In this document: positions 40,608 through 51,441 of the stretch, in pieces
Layout: each line of letters opens with the position of its first letter
Numbering within the stretch: position 1 is the stretch's first letter
Source of the DNA: Mesotaenium endlicherianum
Taxonomy: Eukaryota
Length of the DNA stretch: 64,000 nt
Reading direction: 5' to 3'
Assembly: GCA_009602735.1 (NCBI GenBank)
Contig: WELA01001462.1
Coordinates: forward strand, 300,895-364,894
Program-made: the position numbers and the translations under genes
The notes under the pieces: model-generated
Told to the model about the DNA's origin: nothing
The model's input: the letters and a program-made list of their open reading frames with translations, nothing else
The model's database searches: none

Positions 40608-42233
40608 ATGGAGCGTGCTCCTGTCCCGCCTCCATCGTCTTTTTCGGGGTCTTCTTCTTTTGTGTTTCATGAAGGCCGTCTTCCTCCACCTCCTTCCGAC
40701 AGCGTCAAAAAGAATCTGGCAGAATTTATTGCAAAAGCCCTGAGGCCAGCCACGGCGAGGAAGTATGGCCGGTCATATCTTCTATACCAGGTTTGTTGTT
40801 AAGCTCTTGACAACGGTGTATTACATTTCGTACGTAATGATTATGCTCTTCTACTAATGCCTTGATTGACGGTGGGCTAGCTCTTCCTCTCTGAGGTGGG
40901 CAGGCGTTCTGGCTGGCCTATGCTGGAATCGTTGGAGCCCTTATTACCGAGGACGGAATTGCCACTTGGTTTCACAAATTGGAGAACAAGGATGATAGCA
41001 GGGTATGACTTATGTGCCTTATTTTTGGTAGCAACTGTTGATTTGAGAAACTCGCGTACGGTGTACTTTATGTGATATTATTTGTGCTGTGTTTATGTCT
41101 TTGCAGAGCTTCAGGTTTTACGAGAACCATATCAAGGGCCTGCAAGCATACCATGCGGAAAAAATGCAAAGCTCTTAAGCAGCATGTTCCCGCTGGCGGC
41201 GTGAGGACAAGAGACGTTCAGGGCTTCCTAAAAAGTTGCAAGAGACAGACAGCGACGCGTGGAAGGGCGTAAGCACCGTGCTTCTTATGCTTTGTTCTTA
41301 GGTACTACATTTACAGCAAGTTGAATTGATGTTTTCTAATGGCATTTCTTACTTTTTTGCTTCTTCATTTCATTGTATGGTATCGCAGGAACTATGTGGA
41401 TCTCCATGCAAACCTCAACCACTCGTACACTCGAGCGAAGCACTTTGAAATTCAGGAGTACTACTTGTTGGAGAGTGAGAAAGGACAGGGTGGTGAGGGT
41501 GTACCGTACACTAATTCGCAGATGAGGTAAGTACTCCCCTCGTCGACCATGTTTGACTTAAGGGAGCAAGCTTCTATCACCACGTGTTGGAAATATGAAG
41601 CCTTATTTATTGCTTTTGGAATATGGTGGCAGGTTTCATGTACTTTACACAGATTGCTCCCTTGTTCGTGGAGGAGAGTTAAGAACGGCAGATTTGTGCA
41701 ATTTGAAATTGAAAGTTTTGCAAGACGTGGGACCTGATGAGGCACACGTCTTAGGACTCATTTCTAATAATGGGAAGACCAATTCCTGTGGCCGGACGGA
41801 GGAATCTGGTATTCTTCGCCACAAGCAAGTGGACCTTTGCGCCATAGGGGCTTTAGCACTTGTTCTTGTCATGCGTTGGGATATAGTCAACCACGCCATT
41901 CCGAACTTTGACACAAAGCAAAATTGGTAAGTGTGGCTGCTTGACCCTGTTCATTGTGCCTACAAAATTGTTTATTCGACAGTTGGATTCTAGTCATTGT
42001 TATAGTTTGTATTCACTTGTTACATACGATTATCCTCGTACTAAAATCCTCGTTCCGAATATTCCTTACAGGTACCATATGCCCCTTCTTGAAGGTCGTG
42101 ATGAGAGGATTCCTCTTAGCTATGACACAACATTCAAGTACACGAGATCAGCGCAAATAGCATGTGGCGTCATCTCCAACAAGAAGACTCATGCTGGACG
42201 CGGGCAAGGGGCAAGGGCTATGAGAGATGCCGG
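40608..42233 (+). mobile_element. Spliced Crypton-type tyrosine recombinase gene (Ndc10 domain-II-like); one frameshift, 3' part not found in window
   Basis: Exons 40608-40790, 40904-41002, 41107-41268, 41389-41526, 41633-41926, 42072-42233 with in-phase GT-AG junctions; one extra A in the A6 run at 41159-41164. Motifs RPATARKY, LVRGGELR (catalytic R), NGKTNSCGR (K), LRHKQVDLCAIGALA, IPNFDTKQNWY, KKTHAGRGQGAR (HxxR). Confidence 0.82.
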
Positions 42234-42794
42234 GTAAGTTCAGCACATATGTTTTGCTCTTCACACCAACAGGCTAATTTCTATATAGAGAGAGCAGCTT
42301 AACAGAGACAGCTAAAGGGACCAGGCATCATTGCTGACTATGAAACAATGTGAGAGGTTCACAGATAAGGACTTTCTTCTCAGCAAAACAACCTATTGGA
42401 TTATAGTGGCTATTGAGAGAGGGGAGCGAAGAGGAAGGAGCGAGGGCGAGGACGATTGGTGCATGCTTAGTAGTTCTGCAGACGAGAGAGAGTAGCTCGG
42501 CTCAGGAGAGCTCTCTTAGTCTCATTTCAACACCAATGCAGGCAGCTTTCAATAGTGTGGGAGAAACTCAAAAAATAGGATAATTCAGGTTATCTTAACG
42601 TAGACATACAGTTGCAAGTGCCTTCCTAAGCGTGCTGCGTGAAGGCACTCTGTGAGTACAAGGCTGCAGATCCCTGCTCTAACTCTCTCTCTCTGCTTTG
42701 TGCAGCGCGTGCGTTCTACCTAATTGGTTAACTGGGACAGAAGACGTGGTTATGCGTGAACCACGTATGGATCGAACGTCCGTGGCTGGAATGC

Positions 42795-43513
42795 TGAAAT
42801 GAATCGACTTACCAGTAGGCGTTTAACAATTAATAAAAGATATTTATATCAGCAAGCAATCTTCATGGTAATTTTTGTTAATTGATTAAACAACAAAGGA
42901 CAACGTACTAGCGGTTAACAATTCTTATAAGTCAAATGCAAGTAAACGAGCGTCACTCATGCAATCAGTAAACTCATACATAAGCAAGGTTAAAAGACAG
43001 TCAGCATCAATGGCATCTCGCCTTGAATTCAAATATATCTCAGTAAGCTGTACAAGAGAGTAGGCCTCGCTTCCAAATGCCAAACTCGAGAGCAGTATGT
43101 GGCATATGTACATGGAATGAGTTTGCTGTTCAACGCCAAGTGCGATGGCACCGCCTACTCGAGAGTTAACCACATTGGTAGGACCTCGGTTAACCAAATC
43201 CACCCCCATTCCCCATCATCCCGAATCGCCATCCATCCTAAGGATGTCATCTTGCCATTCATTGAGCATATCACTCTTAGATGCATGACTAGGCAGTTCG
43301 TTGCTACAGAGTACGGAAGTCAGCTGGCTGTTAAAGAATGTGTTAGCAAGATGACCTAAGTTGACTTCATCCTGCTGCTCTCAGCTGAGTTTGTATACTC
43401 ATTATTATTTAAAGTCCAGCAAACTGAATATGAACTAAAATTTAGCAGGTTGAACTCAATTAGCTATTATATTTAAATGAATATTATATCTACCAACGTA
43501 CCGATTGCTTACA
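42795..43513 (-). mobile_element. Solo LTR of the chromovirus family found at 56227
   Basis: The reverse complement aligns end to end with 56227-56945 (both 719 bp); TG...CA termini; flanked by AATGC (42790-42794) and AATAC (43514-43518), a 5-bp TSD with one mismatch. Confidence 0.9.
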
Positions 43514-43879
43514 AATACTCTAAGTAGTACGCACCACAAGAATTGTGGTGGTGGTGACACACCTACACTCCTTATCCTGTAAAAAAGTCCCACCGACATG
43601 GTCGACCTTCCTAGCCCACCCACTAACTAACAGCTCAATCAACCGATAGCTACCGTCGTAAGCTGACTAGCCAATGTAGACCCACGACATGCGATGGCGA
43701 GGCGCGTGTGAGAGTCGAAGGGTTCCACTTAAGTCCGAGGGAGCCTCATGGCAACTCAAAAGTGGCCTCATGAGGGGACTTAGGCTAGCACAACCTAGTT
43801 CAGGAGGCTTCTAACTGGCGCAACCTTCTTCTACCATCCCACCCCCCATAGATGCAATTAACTAAAATAGGACAAACGA

Positions 43880-44160
43880 CACTTACTGCCAGGGACAAGT
43901 GTGGACTTGACTCACTAGGCACGCCCCCATGATTTGTTCCTTCATTTTCACTATCCTTGGAAAGGGCCTAGTAAATAAGGTGAGTGATTGCATGTCTTTG
44001 TATGGATATAGGGGAGTGTGCCCAGCCATCAACTTCATCATCCTTCCAAAATGACAATCCTCCAGAGCTTGTCGTGCACCAATTGCACTCCATCTACTCA
44101 ACTCGCCTTGACAACACGCTCGCATGACTTGTTCTTGAAATTTCACTATCCTTGGCAAGG
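43880..44160 (-). repeat. About 1.5 degenerate ~195-bp units related to the adjacent satellite, in inverted orientation
   Basis: The reverse complement (CAAGGATAGTGAAA...CAAGTCAT...GGCGAGT...GGGCACACTCCCC) matches the units at 44960-45230. Confidence 0.75.
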
Positions 44161-44189
44161 ATAATACTCATTTTGCTAGACGTCGTGTA

Positions 44190-44335
44190 ATTCAACATAA
44201 TCACTCAACCGATAGCAGCAGGTTGAAGTCTACTTAAGTCAGCTTCCAAACTCATTCTTAGGCAGGTGCTCGCCTTAGGTGGTGCTAGCGAACTGCCTAG
44301 TGATGCATCTAAATGTGATATGCTAGATGAATGGT
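44190..44335 (+). mobile_element. Internal fragment (~145 bp) of the same LTR family
   Basis: AGCAGCAGGTTGAAGTCTACTTAAGTCAGCTT...GCGAACTGCCT...ATGCATCTAAATGTGATATGCTAGATGAATGG matches ~56340-56487. Confidence 0.8.
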
Positions 44336-44349
44336 TGATAGATGTACAG

Positions 44350-45232
44350 GGTGGGCATACTTCACAATATATACATAGAGACAAACACCCCATCCATTTG
44401 CAATCCTATGGCAAGGACACCAAAAAGGGTGAAACATTAGAAAGGCAAGTCAACGAGATGGTGCGCAACTTGCGCTCTACTAACTATGGAGGGTTGTGAT
44501 TCTAGAGGATTTTGGATGAAATGGGAGGACATAATCTCCACTACATACATAAAGACATGAAATCAGTCACCCTATTTACAAGCGTTTGGCAATGATAGTC
44601 AAAAGAGTGAACCAGTAGAGGGGGAATTAGGAGCAAGCGACAAGTTGGAGCGCAGGTGGATGAATGGGCTATGGAGGGTTGAAATTTCAATATATGACGA
44701 TGTGAAAAGGGTAGAACACTCCCCAATACTCATACAAAGACATGTATTCACTCTCCACAGTCACAAGGCATCCACAAGTACAATCAGATTGCTAGAGCAA
44801 CTCATTAGAGTGTATTGTAGGTGCAAATCGATAAGATGGAGGGCAACTGGGTGAATGAGCTACGGAGGGTTGTAATTTCAATGACCTAAGGACTTAATGC
44901 CTAAGCACGCTCCCCAAGGCCAAGATAAAATGATGTCTTTACTCACCACAGTAACAAGGCTTTGGCAAGGATAGTGAAAATCTAAAAACAAGTCATTAGA
45001 GTATGTTGTAAAGGCGAGTTGGCAAAAGGATCGCAAGTAGCGCTCTACTAGCTATGGAGGGTTGTTATTTTTATAGAGAAGCTAGTTCGTGGGTGGGCAC
45101 ACTCCCCAACACCTATACAAGGACATGCTTTCAGTCACCACAATAACAAGGCTCGGCCTAGGACAGTGAAAATGAATGAACAAGTCATTGGAGCTGGTCG
45201 TAGAGGCGAGTCGACGATATGGAGCGCAACAA
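44350..45232 (+). repeat. 4-5 degenerate 178-192-bp tandem units (older relatives of the satellite)
   Basis: Anchors (CAAGGAYAG-like, GCGCAA, GCTATGGAGGGTTG, CACTCCCCAA) recur at ~44414, 44592, 44777, 44968, 45160. Confidence 0.75.
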
Positions 45233-47082
45233 GTGGCAAGACCTTGACAAGGACACTGAAATGATTTGAGCGGGCCCTCGGGAGCAAGTCGACGAGATGG
45301 GGCGCAACTGGCGCTCTTGTAGCTGTGGGGGGGTTGCGATGTATTCATGGTGGTCATAGTTGGGGGCTTGGCCCACTCTTCAACACCACCAACATGACAT
45401 GGACTCACTCTCCGTAGTGGCAAGACCTTGACAAGGACACTGAAATGATTGGAGCGGGCCCTCGGGAGCAAGTCGACGAGATGGGGCGCAACTGGCGCTC
45501 TTGTAGCTGTGGGGGGGTTGCGATGTATTCATGGTGGTCATAGTTGGGGGCTTGGCCCACTCTTCAACACCAACAACATGACATGGACTCACTCTCCATA
45601 GTGGCAAGATCTTGACAAGGACACTGAAATGATTTGAGCGGGCCCTCGGGAGCAAGTCGACGAGATGGGGCGCAACTGGCGCTCTTGTAGCTGTGGGGGG
45701 TTGCGATGTATTCATGGTGGTCATAGTTGGGGGCTTGGCCCACTCTTCAACACCAACAACATGACATGGACTCACTCTCCGTAGTGGCAAGACCTTGACA
45801 AGGACACTGAAATGATTTGAGCGGGCCCTCGGGAGCAAGTCGACGAGATGGGGCGCAACTGGCGCTCTTGTAGCTGTGGGGGGTTGCGATGTATTCATGG
45901 TGGTCATAGTTGGGGGCTTGGCCCACTCTTCAACACCACCAACATGACATGGACTCACTCTCCGTAGTGGCAAGACCTTGACAAGGACACTGAAATGATT
46001 GGAGCGGGCCCTCGGGAGCAAGTCGACGAGATGGGGCGCAACTGGCGCTCTTGTAGCTGTGGGGGGGTTGCGATGTATTCATGGTGGTCAAAGTTGGGGG
46101 CTTGGCCCACTCTTCAACACCAACATGACATGGACTCACTCTCCGTAGTGGCAAGACCTTGACAAGGACACTGAAATGATTCGAGCGGGCCCTCGGGAGC
46201 AAGTCGACGAGATGGGGCGCAACTGGCGCTCTTGTAGCTGTGGGGGGGTTGCGATGTATTCATGGTGGTCAAAGTTGGGGGCTTGGCCCACTCTTCAACA
46301 CCAACATGACATGGACTCACTCTCCGTAGTGGCAAGACCTTGACAAGGACACTGAAATGATTCGAGCGGGCCCTCGGGAGCAAGTCGACGAGATGGGGCG
46401 CAACTGGCGCTCTTGTAGCTGTGGGGGGGTTGCGATGTATTCATGGTGGTCATAGTTGGGGGCTTGGCCCACTCTTCAACACCAACAACATGACATGGAC
46501 TCACTCTCCGTAGTGGCAAGACCTTGACAAGGACACTGAAATGATTTGAGCGGGCCCTCGGGAGCAAGTCGACGAGATGGGGCGCAACTGGCGCTCTTGT
46601 AGCTGTGGGGGGGTTGCGATGTATTCATGGTGGTCATAGTTGGGGGCTTGGCCCACTCTTCAACACCAACAACATGACATGGACTCACTCTCCGTAGTGG
46701 CAAGACCTTGACAAGGACACTGAAATGATTTGAGCGGGCCCTCGGGAGCAAGTCGACGAGATGGGGCGCAACTGGCGCTCTTGTAGCTGTGGGGGGGTTG
46801 CGATGTATTCATGGTGGTCATAGTTGGGGGCTTGGCCCACTCTTCAACACCAACAACATGACATGGACTCACTCTCCGTAGTGGCAAGACCTTGACAAGG
46901 ACACTGAAATGATTTGAGCGGGCCCTCGGGAGCAAGTCGACGAGATGGGGCGCAACTGGCGCTCTTGTAGCTGTGGGGGGGTTGCGATGTATTCATGGTG
47001 GTCATAGTTGGGGGCTTGGCCCACTCTTCAACACCAACAACATGACATGGACTCACTCTCCATAGTGGCAAGACCTTGACAC
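45233..47082 (+). repeat. Homogeneous tandem array, 10 units of 181-184 bp plus a partial unit
   Basis: Unit start GTGGCAAGA(C/T)CTTGAC at 45233, 45417, 45601, 45784, 45967, 46148, 46329, 46513, 46697, 46881, 47065; near-identical units with no unique spacers. Confidence 0.97.
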
Positions 47083-48294
47083 TGAAATTGAAAAAACAAT
47101 CATTTGAGCAATACTTAGAGGCAAATTGAGGAGATCGAGCGCAACTGGCGCTTTTGCATCCATCGAGGGCGATAACGTTGATGAACGTGAGTATCAATGG
47201 TTCGGCATTCTTCTTAATGCAATACAGGAGTCATACTGCGTTATTTCTCTAGTCATATATGTTATTATACTCATTATCGCAAACAACTGCTTTTTGTGTT
47301 ACGTGCATTGCTTTTATAAACTTGCAAATTGAAAAAGTAATTGCCATATAACTATGTAAGAACTACCTTAATTAATAGACAACACATGTTCGAGTCGCAG
47401 ACACAACAAGCACAGTGTCAATACAGGATTATGAATCTTTTGGTGCCAAAAATAACTTCGTCAGATTTCTCCGTGCCCAATTAAGTATGCCCAGATATGT
47501 ATATGGCATTAATGTCACAATAAAAACAATCATCAACGTATTTCATGACATACATGCAACATGACCTTCATGTAATCAACATAAAAAAAAGGGTGCAACG
47601 GATGCAGCGTACAAAGAATGTGAATGCTGATTTATAATAAGTAACACAAAGCTAAGGATGTTCAAGATGTTACGACATTTTGTGTTTGCACATAAGTAGA
47701 TACTTAAACACCTTATACATAATGATGTTAATGCACACGACCGATGCCGACGAGGTTGATGGCCAATGGGCGGCACACATGTAACTGGTGTCTAGACACG
47801 GGCATTACCAGATGTGACAAGGCAGGAGGACACATCTGTTAACGCACTCAAAATCGGACCAAATACACAATATTTGGTGAGTTGCTGAAGATAATGTGGT
47901 GACCAATTCTGACCAAGTTCATGTGTCACCTCAACCCACCTCAGCCTCGGCTTTGGAAATTCGTTACGAAAAGTGTCCCAATATTCAATCAAAACTGCCT
48001 GATAATTACTGTCAGTTCGTGGTACTCCTCAGCCATGCCTCAGCCGACTTCCCTGGACGACCGCCGTACTTCAAATTTACGTGGCAGAACCTTGCACCTT
48101 GTTCGCTAATAACTGTCGCAAGAACGCGACTGAAACCCACTGAAACCAGTGGCAAAAAGACAAATCGGGCCAACAGACGGCCAGGGGCTTTTTCGGGCGC
48201 TTTCCGGGTACCTTGCCCCGGACGTCCTACTCGTTCTACTTTCTATCCGACCCATTCCGGTGCCCGGTCCTACCAATTCCGAGAACGCATACAA

Positions 48295-48888
48295 GCCCAA
48301 TTTACAGTGCACAAAGCCGAATAATTCAATTCCAAGTGTTGCGCAATCGCGTAAAACTAAATTCAATCGCGTAAAATTCAATTCAATCAAAAATGCTACA
48401 ATTTAATCGCGACCGAAGTTCATCCGGATAAAAGTGCACAGACCTCCAATAATCCACGCACTTTGTCATATCCCCTTCCTCCTCTTGAGGGACATTATTT
48501 CTCGGCTCACCGATCACGTGCATAGACATTCTCGCTGTGAAGGTTGGTGAAGGTACGTGGAATGGTACACAAGGTGGGGTTTGCTTGTCACTTCTGATGC
48601 GTGAATAAGTCCTTTTTTCCTCCACACGAATTGCTTCATAGGTCCATTTGGAGACGTGTTTGAAAGAATTCCAATTGACTCCGAGAGGTCAACTGGGATT
48701 TGTTCAATTCAATTGTACATCTTCCAATTCAATCGCGTCAAGTACACCCCACAAATTGTGGAGGACAGCCCTAAGAACCACTGTAAACCACGTTATTTTC
48801 GCGCTTTAAAAGTTGGTGTACCGCCAGGTACACGCTGGTACAATTAAATTAAATTTAATCGACTCGGAACGTGCACTGTAAATTGGGC
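48295..48888. mobile_element. Non-autonomous TIR element (MITE), probably PIF/Harbinger-like
   Basis: Perfect 18-bp inverted repeat GCCCAATTTACAGTGCAC (48295-48312) / GTGCACTGTAAATTGGGC (48871-48888); internal (A)ATTCAATCGCG motifs; TSD unclear (ACA vs TCA). Confidence 0.75.
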
Positions 48889-48948
48889 CTCAGTGAAGTC
48901 CACCCTCGATGAGCTTTCAATTGTCATCGCTGGCTTCGTCACGATTAA

Positions 48949-51089
48949 CACTAACTATACTGTAGGTCCTATTTTGGTTCGGGAACCAAAATATGTCCCA
49001 TAACTAGGCAAAATTCTACACCCCCCTTAGCATACTTTTTTTAAATCAGAATTGTCTGAAAATAGGCTCATTGGATATTTCATAACTCAAACCCCTCCGG
49101 CAAATTAGTTTTAGCCCTAACGGCCAATTTTTGACGAAGTTGTGTAAGTTTGTCGGCCAACAAGAGGTTACTTTCTATTTCAATTTTGACCTTCGAACAG
49201 GCCTCTTTCTGCCTGTCATTTCTTTTGCTTTGCATGCTACTGAAGCTATGATTGACATTGCTTCTTTGTCTACAGGCCCCACGGTAGCCGTAGGCACTAA
49301 CATACTAACACCTAGTAAGATTTGGGGTGAAACTTGGGCAGCACAAGACTTTGGAGAGCACTACAAAGAGTTTTTTTTGGTTGAAATCTTAGAGGAAGAG
49401 GTGCATAAGACCAAAGAAATTAAGTTTAAGATCTATTTTGGCTACGATGGAGAGTACAAAACATGGGGACGCAAGCAGATACTACAATACATGCCTTCAA
49501 TCCCCAAACTTTGTTGGTTTTGCCCATATGAGGGAGTTCTTAGAGTTGAGGCCTCTTCGGAGCCACTTTCACAGCTTCTTGCATCTCATGTGATTCAAGT
49601 CACTCTTAGCATTGTAAACACACCCCCTGAACCAGAAGATACTTCCACACCACCAGAAGACACTCCCACACCAGTAGCAGACACAATAAACACTGAGGAA
49701 GAGTAAAAAACAGGCTTAGAATTGGTAGAGTCAACACGGAAAAGAGGGAGATCATCAAAACAGATAGGACCAGACATGTCTGTGCCTGCTAACAGGGAAG
49801 AGAGAAGGAAAAGGGTGGTAGTGGCATGGAAGACTGCTAAGAGGAGGGCAAAGAGGAGCTACAGCAAGAAGAAGAATAGGGAGTCAGATGAAGAGGAGTA
49901 CAGCTCAGACACAGAGCTGGAGTTTGAAGGAGTGCCAATGGTGCCTGCTGCTGCTGAGGAAGAAGAAGCTGAGGAGCCTGCCAACAACAGAGAGGAGTAC
50001 TTGTTAGATGGTGCCATTACTAACGCATACATATTGTATGAGCTGGCCCACCTTGGTGTTGACAGAGACTTGTTCATGTTGCAGCTAGTGAGGGAGATGT
50101 CGGAGTGGGTACATCCTCGAGACAGGCAGACCAGGTCAAGTGCAGCAGCAGCTGCTGGAGAGTAGAGATGGACTGGGAGGCACTTTCCTAGCAAGGTGAA
50201 GAAAGGAGAAAGGGCAAGCTGTGTGGTGTGTAGTGCTAAAGTACTTTGACTTAGGAGCTGCAGCAAGGAAGAAGAGGTGCCAATTCATGTGTATACCTTG
50301 TAACGTTGCCTTACATCCCACTCCCTGCTTTGAGATTTTTCACACTACCATAAATATAGAGCATCTAGAGTGTGGTAGGAAGAGGTTTCCCACTGGTGCC
50401 CCTAAGCAGTAGCATGGATGATAGGTGCATAAATCTATGACTGATGTTTTTTTTGCTCACACCATCTGCCATAAACCAGATTTTTTGACGTTTCGACCAT
50501 GGAGCCATGTATGACAAGACTCATAATTTCTGCTTTACGTATTTTTGGTGCTTCATGTTTCAGAGTGCTTGTGTAGGGTTCTTTAAGTATGCTTGAACTA
50601 GTTTCAATGATTTTCATCAAGAATTGCAGAAGTTATGCGCCAAACAATGAATGTGCATAGTGCACTTCTTAGTTTCCTTATGGGACCAACGACAAAAAAG
50701 TATGGTGTCAATTTGGGTCCCAAACTTTGGGCTGGTATAGCAGCCAAGATACTAAATGAACTACATATCTGTGAAGTGCGGTGTCTTCATTACATCAGGA
50801 TGTATGCTGGAAAAAATCAGGACCTAAAAATAAGCTGTACTTTTTTGGATATTGTGCTGAGAAGAAATGTAATTGTTGAACCTCACACGTGTGTTCCCCT
50901 TGTAGTACAAAAAAGCACACTAAAAAATCGCAGAAAATTCGGAAGAAGTACATTGCCAGATTGCTTACTCAAAGTAGATTAAGTATATATATGGCTCTTA
51001 TGTGCCACATAAGCTTTGATTTTAGTATGAGCATTCAAAGATAGGCTGTTGTGGTGTCCGTTTTGGTCTTCTAGGCAGTAAAGCTAGTG
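48949..51089 (+). mobile_element. Internally deleted piggyBac-like DNA transposon
   Basis: TTAA on both sides (48945-48948, 51090-51093); TIRs CACTAACTATACTG / CAGTAAAGCTAGTG (12/14 match). The decayed ORF 49248-50412 keeps the piggyBac C-terminal LLDGAITNAYILY...FMLQLV segment, RHFP and the Cys-rich domain CVVC...CIPCNVALHPTPCFEIFH; the DDD core is absent. Confidence 0.85.
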
Positions 51090-51334
51090 TTAAGATATAA
51101 TTGTCAAGATTACAACTCACGTATCAATTTCCTACTAAACCCTACCGCGATTGCTATCGGTTTGACGTTGTCGCACACGCAGCGCAAGTCACGAACACTC
51201 AAGTACGGAAGTCAACGCTGACGTCTGTCTCATCAGTTGACCACCAACGGTCAGCACTGGTTTAAGTCACGTGCAAACTTGACTAGGAATCAGGTCAAAC
51301 TCGACGCTCAGGGATGGGTGGGATTTCACAGCCC

Positions 51335-51441
51335 AGTCAGCCGAGAAGCTGACTAAGCTAAGACCTGCAAAGATGCCGAGTCAGCCGCAAAGCTGACTAT
51401 GCTAAAGACATGCAGAAGATGCTAAGTCGGAAGCGCTGACC
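51335..51441 (+). repeat. 2.5 tandem ~45-bp units, each containing an AGTCAGC...GCTGACT hairpin, inside the putative LTR
   Basis: Units start at 51335, 51379 and 51425 (the third is degenerate). Confidence 0.7.

Noticed and set aside
42706..42794. Strong acceptor (CTAAC, pyrimidine tract, TGCAG) as Crypton exon 7
   Set aside because: The in-phase translation (ACVLPNWLTGTEDVVMREPRMDRTSVAGM) lacks the expected GxW...Y catalytic segment; not supportable without transcripts.
43883..44158. GHTPL in the degenerate repeat ORF as an ankyrin repeat
   Set aside because: The rest of the ankyrin consensus is absent, and unit lengths of related copies do not preserve frame.
45233..47082. Tandem array as a CRISPR array or repeat-protein gene
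   Set aside because: No unique spacers and no cas genes in a eukaryotic context; most unit lengths (184, 181) are not multiples of 3 and the frames contain stops.
48949..51089. CACTA (En/Spm) classification based on the CACTA...TAGTG termini
   Set aside because: The 3-bp flanks differ (TAA vs TTA) whereas TTAA is duplicated, and the coding remnants are piggyBac-type.
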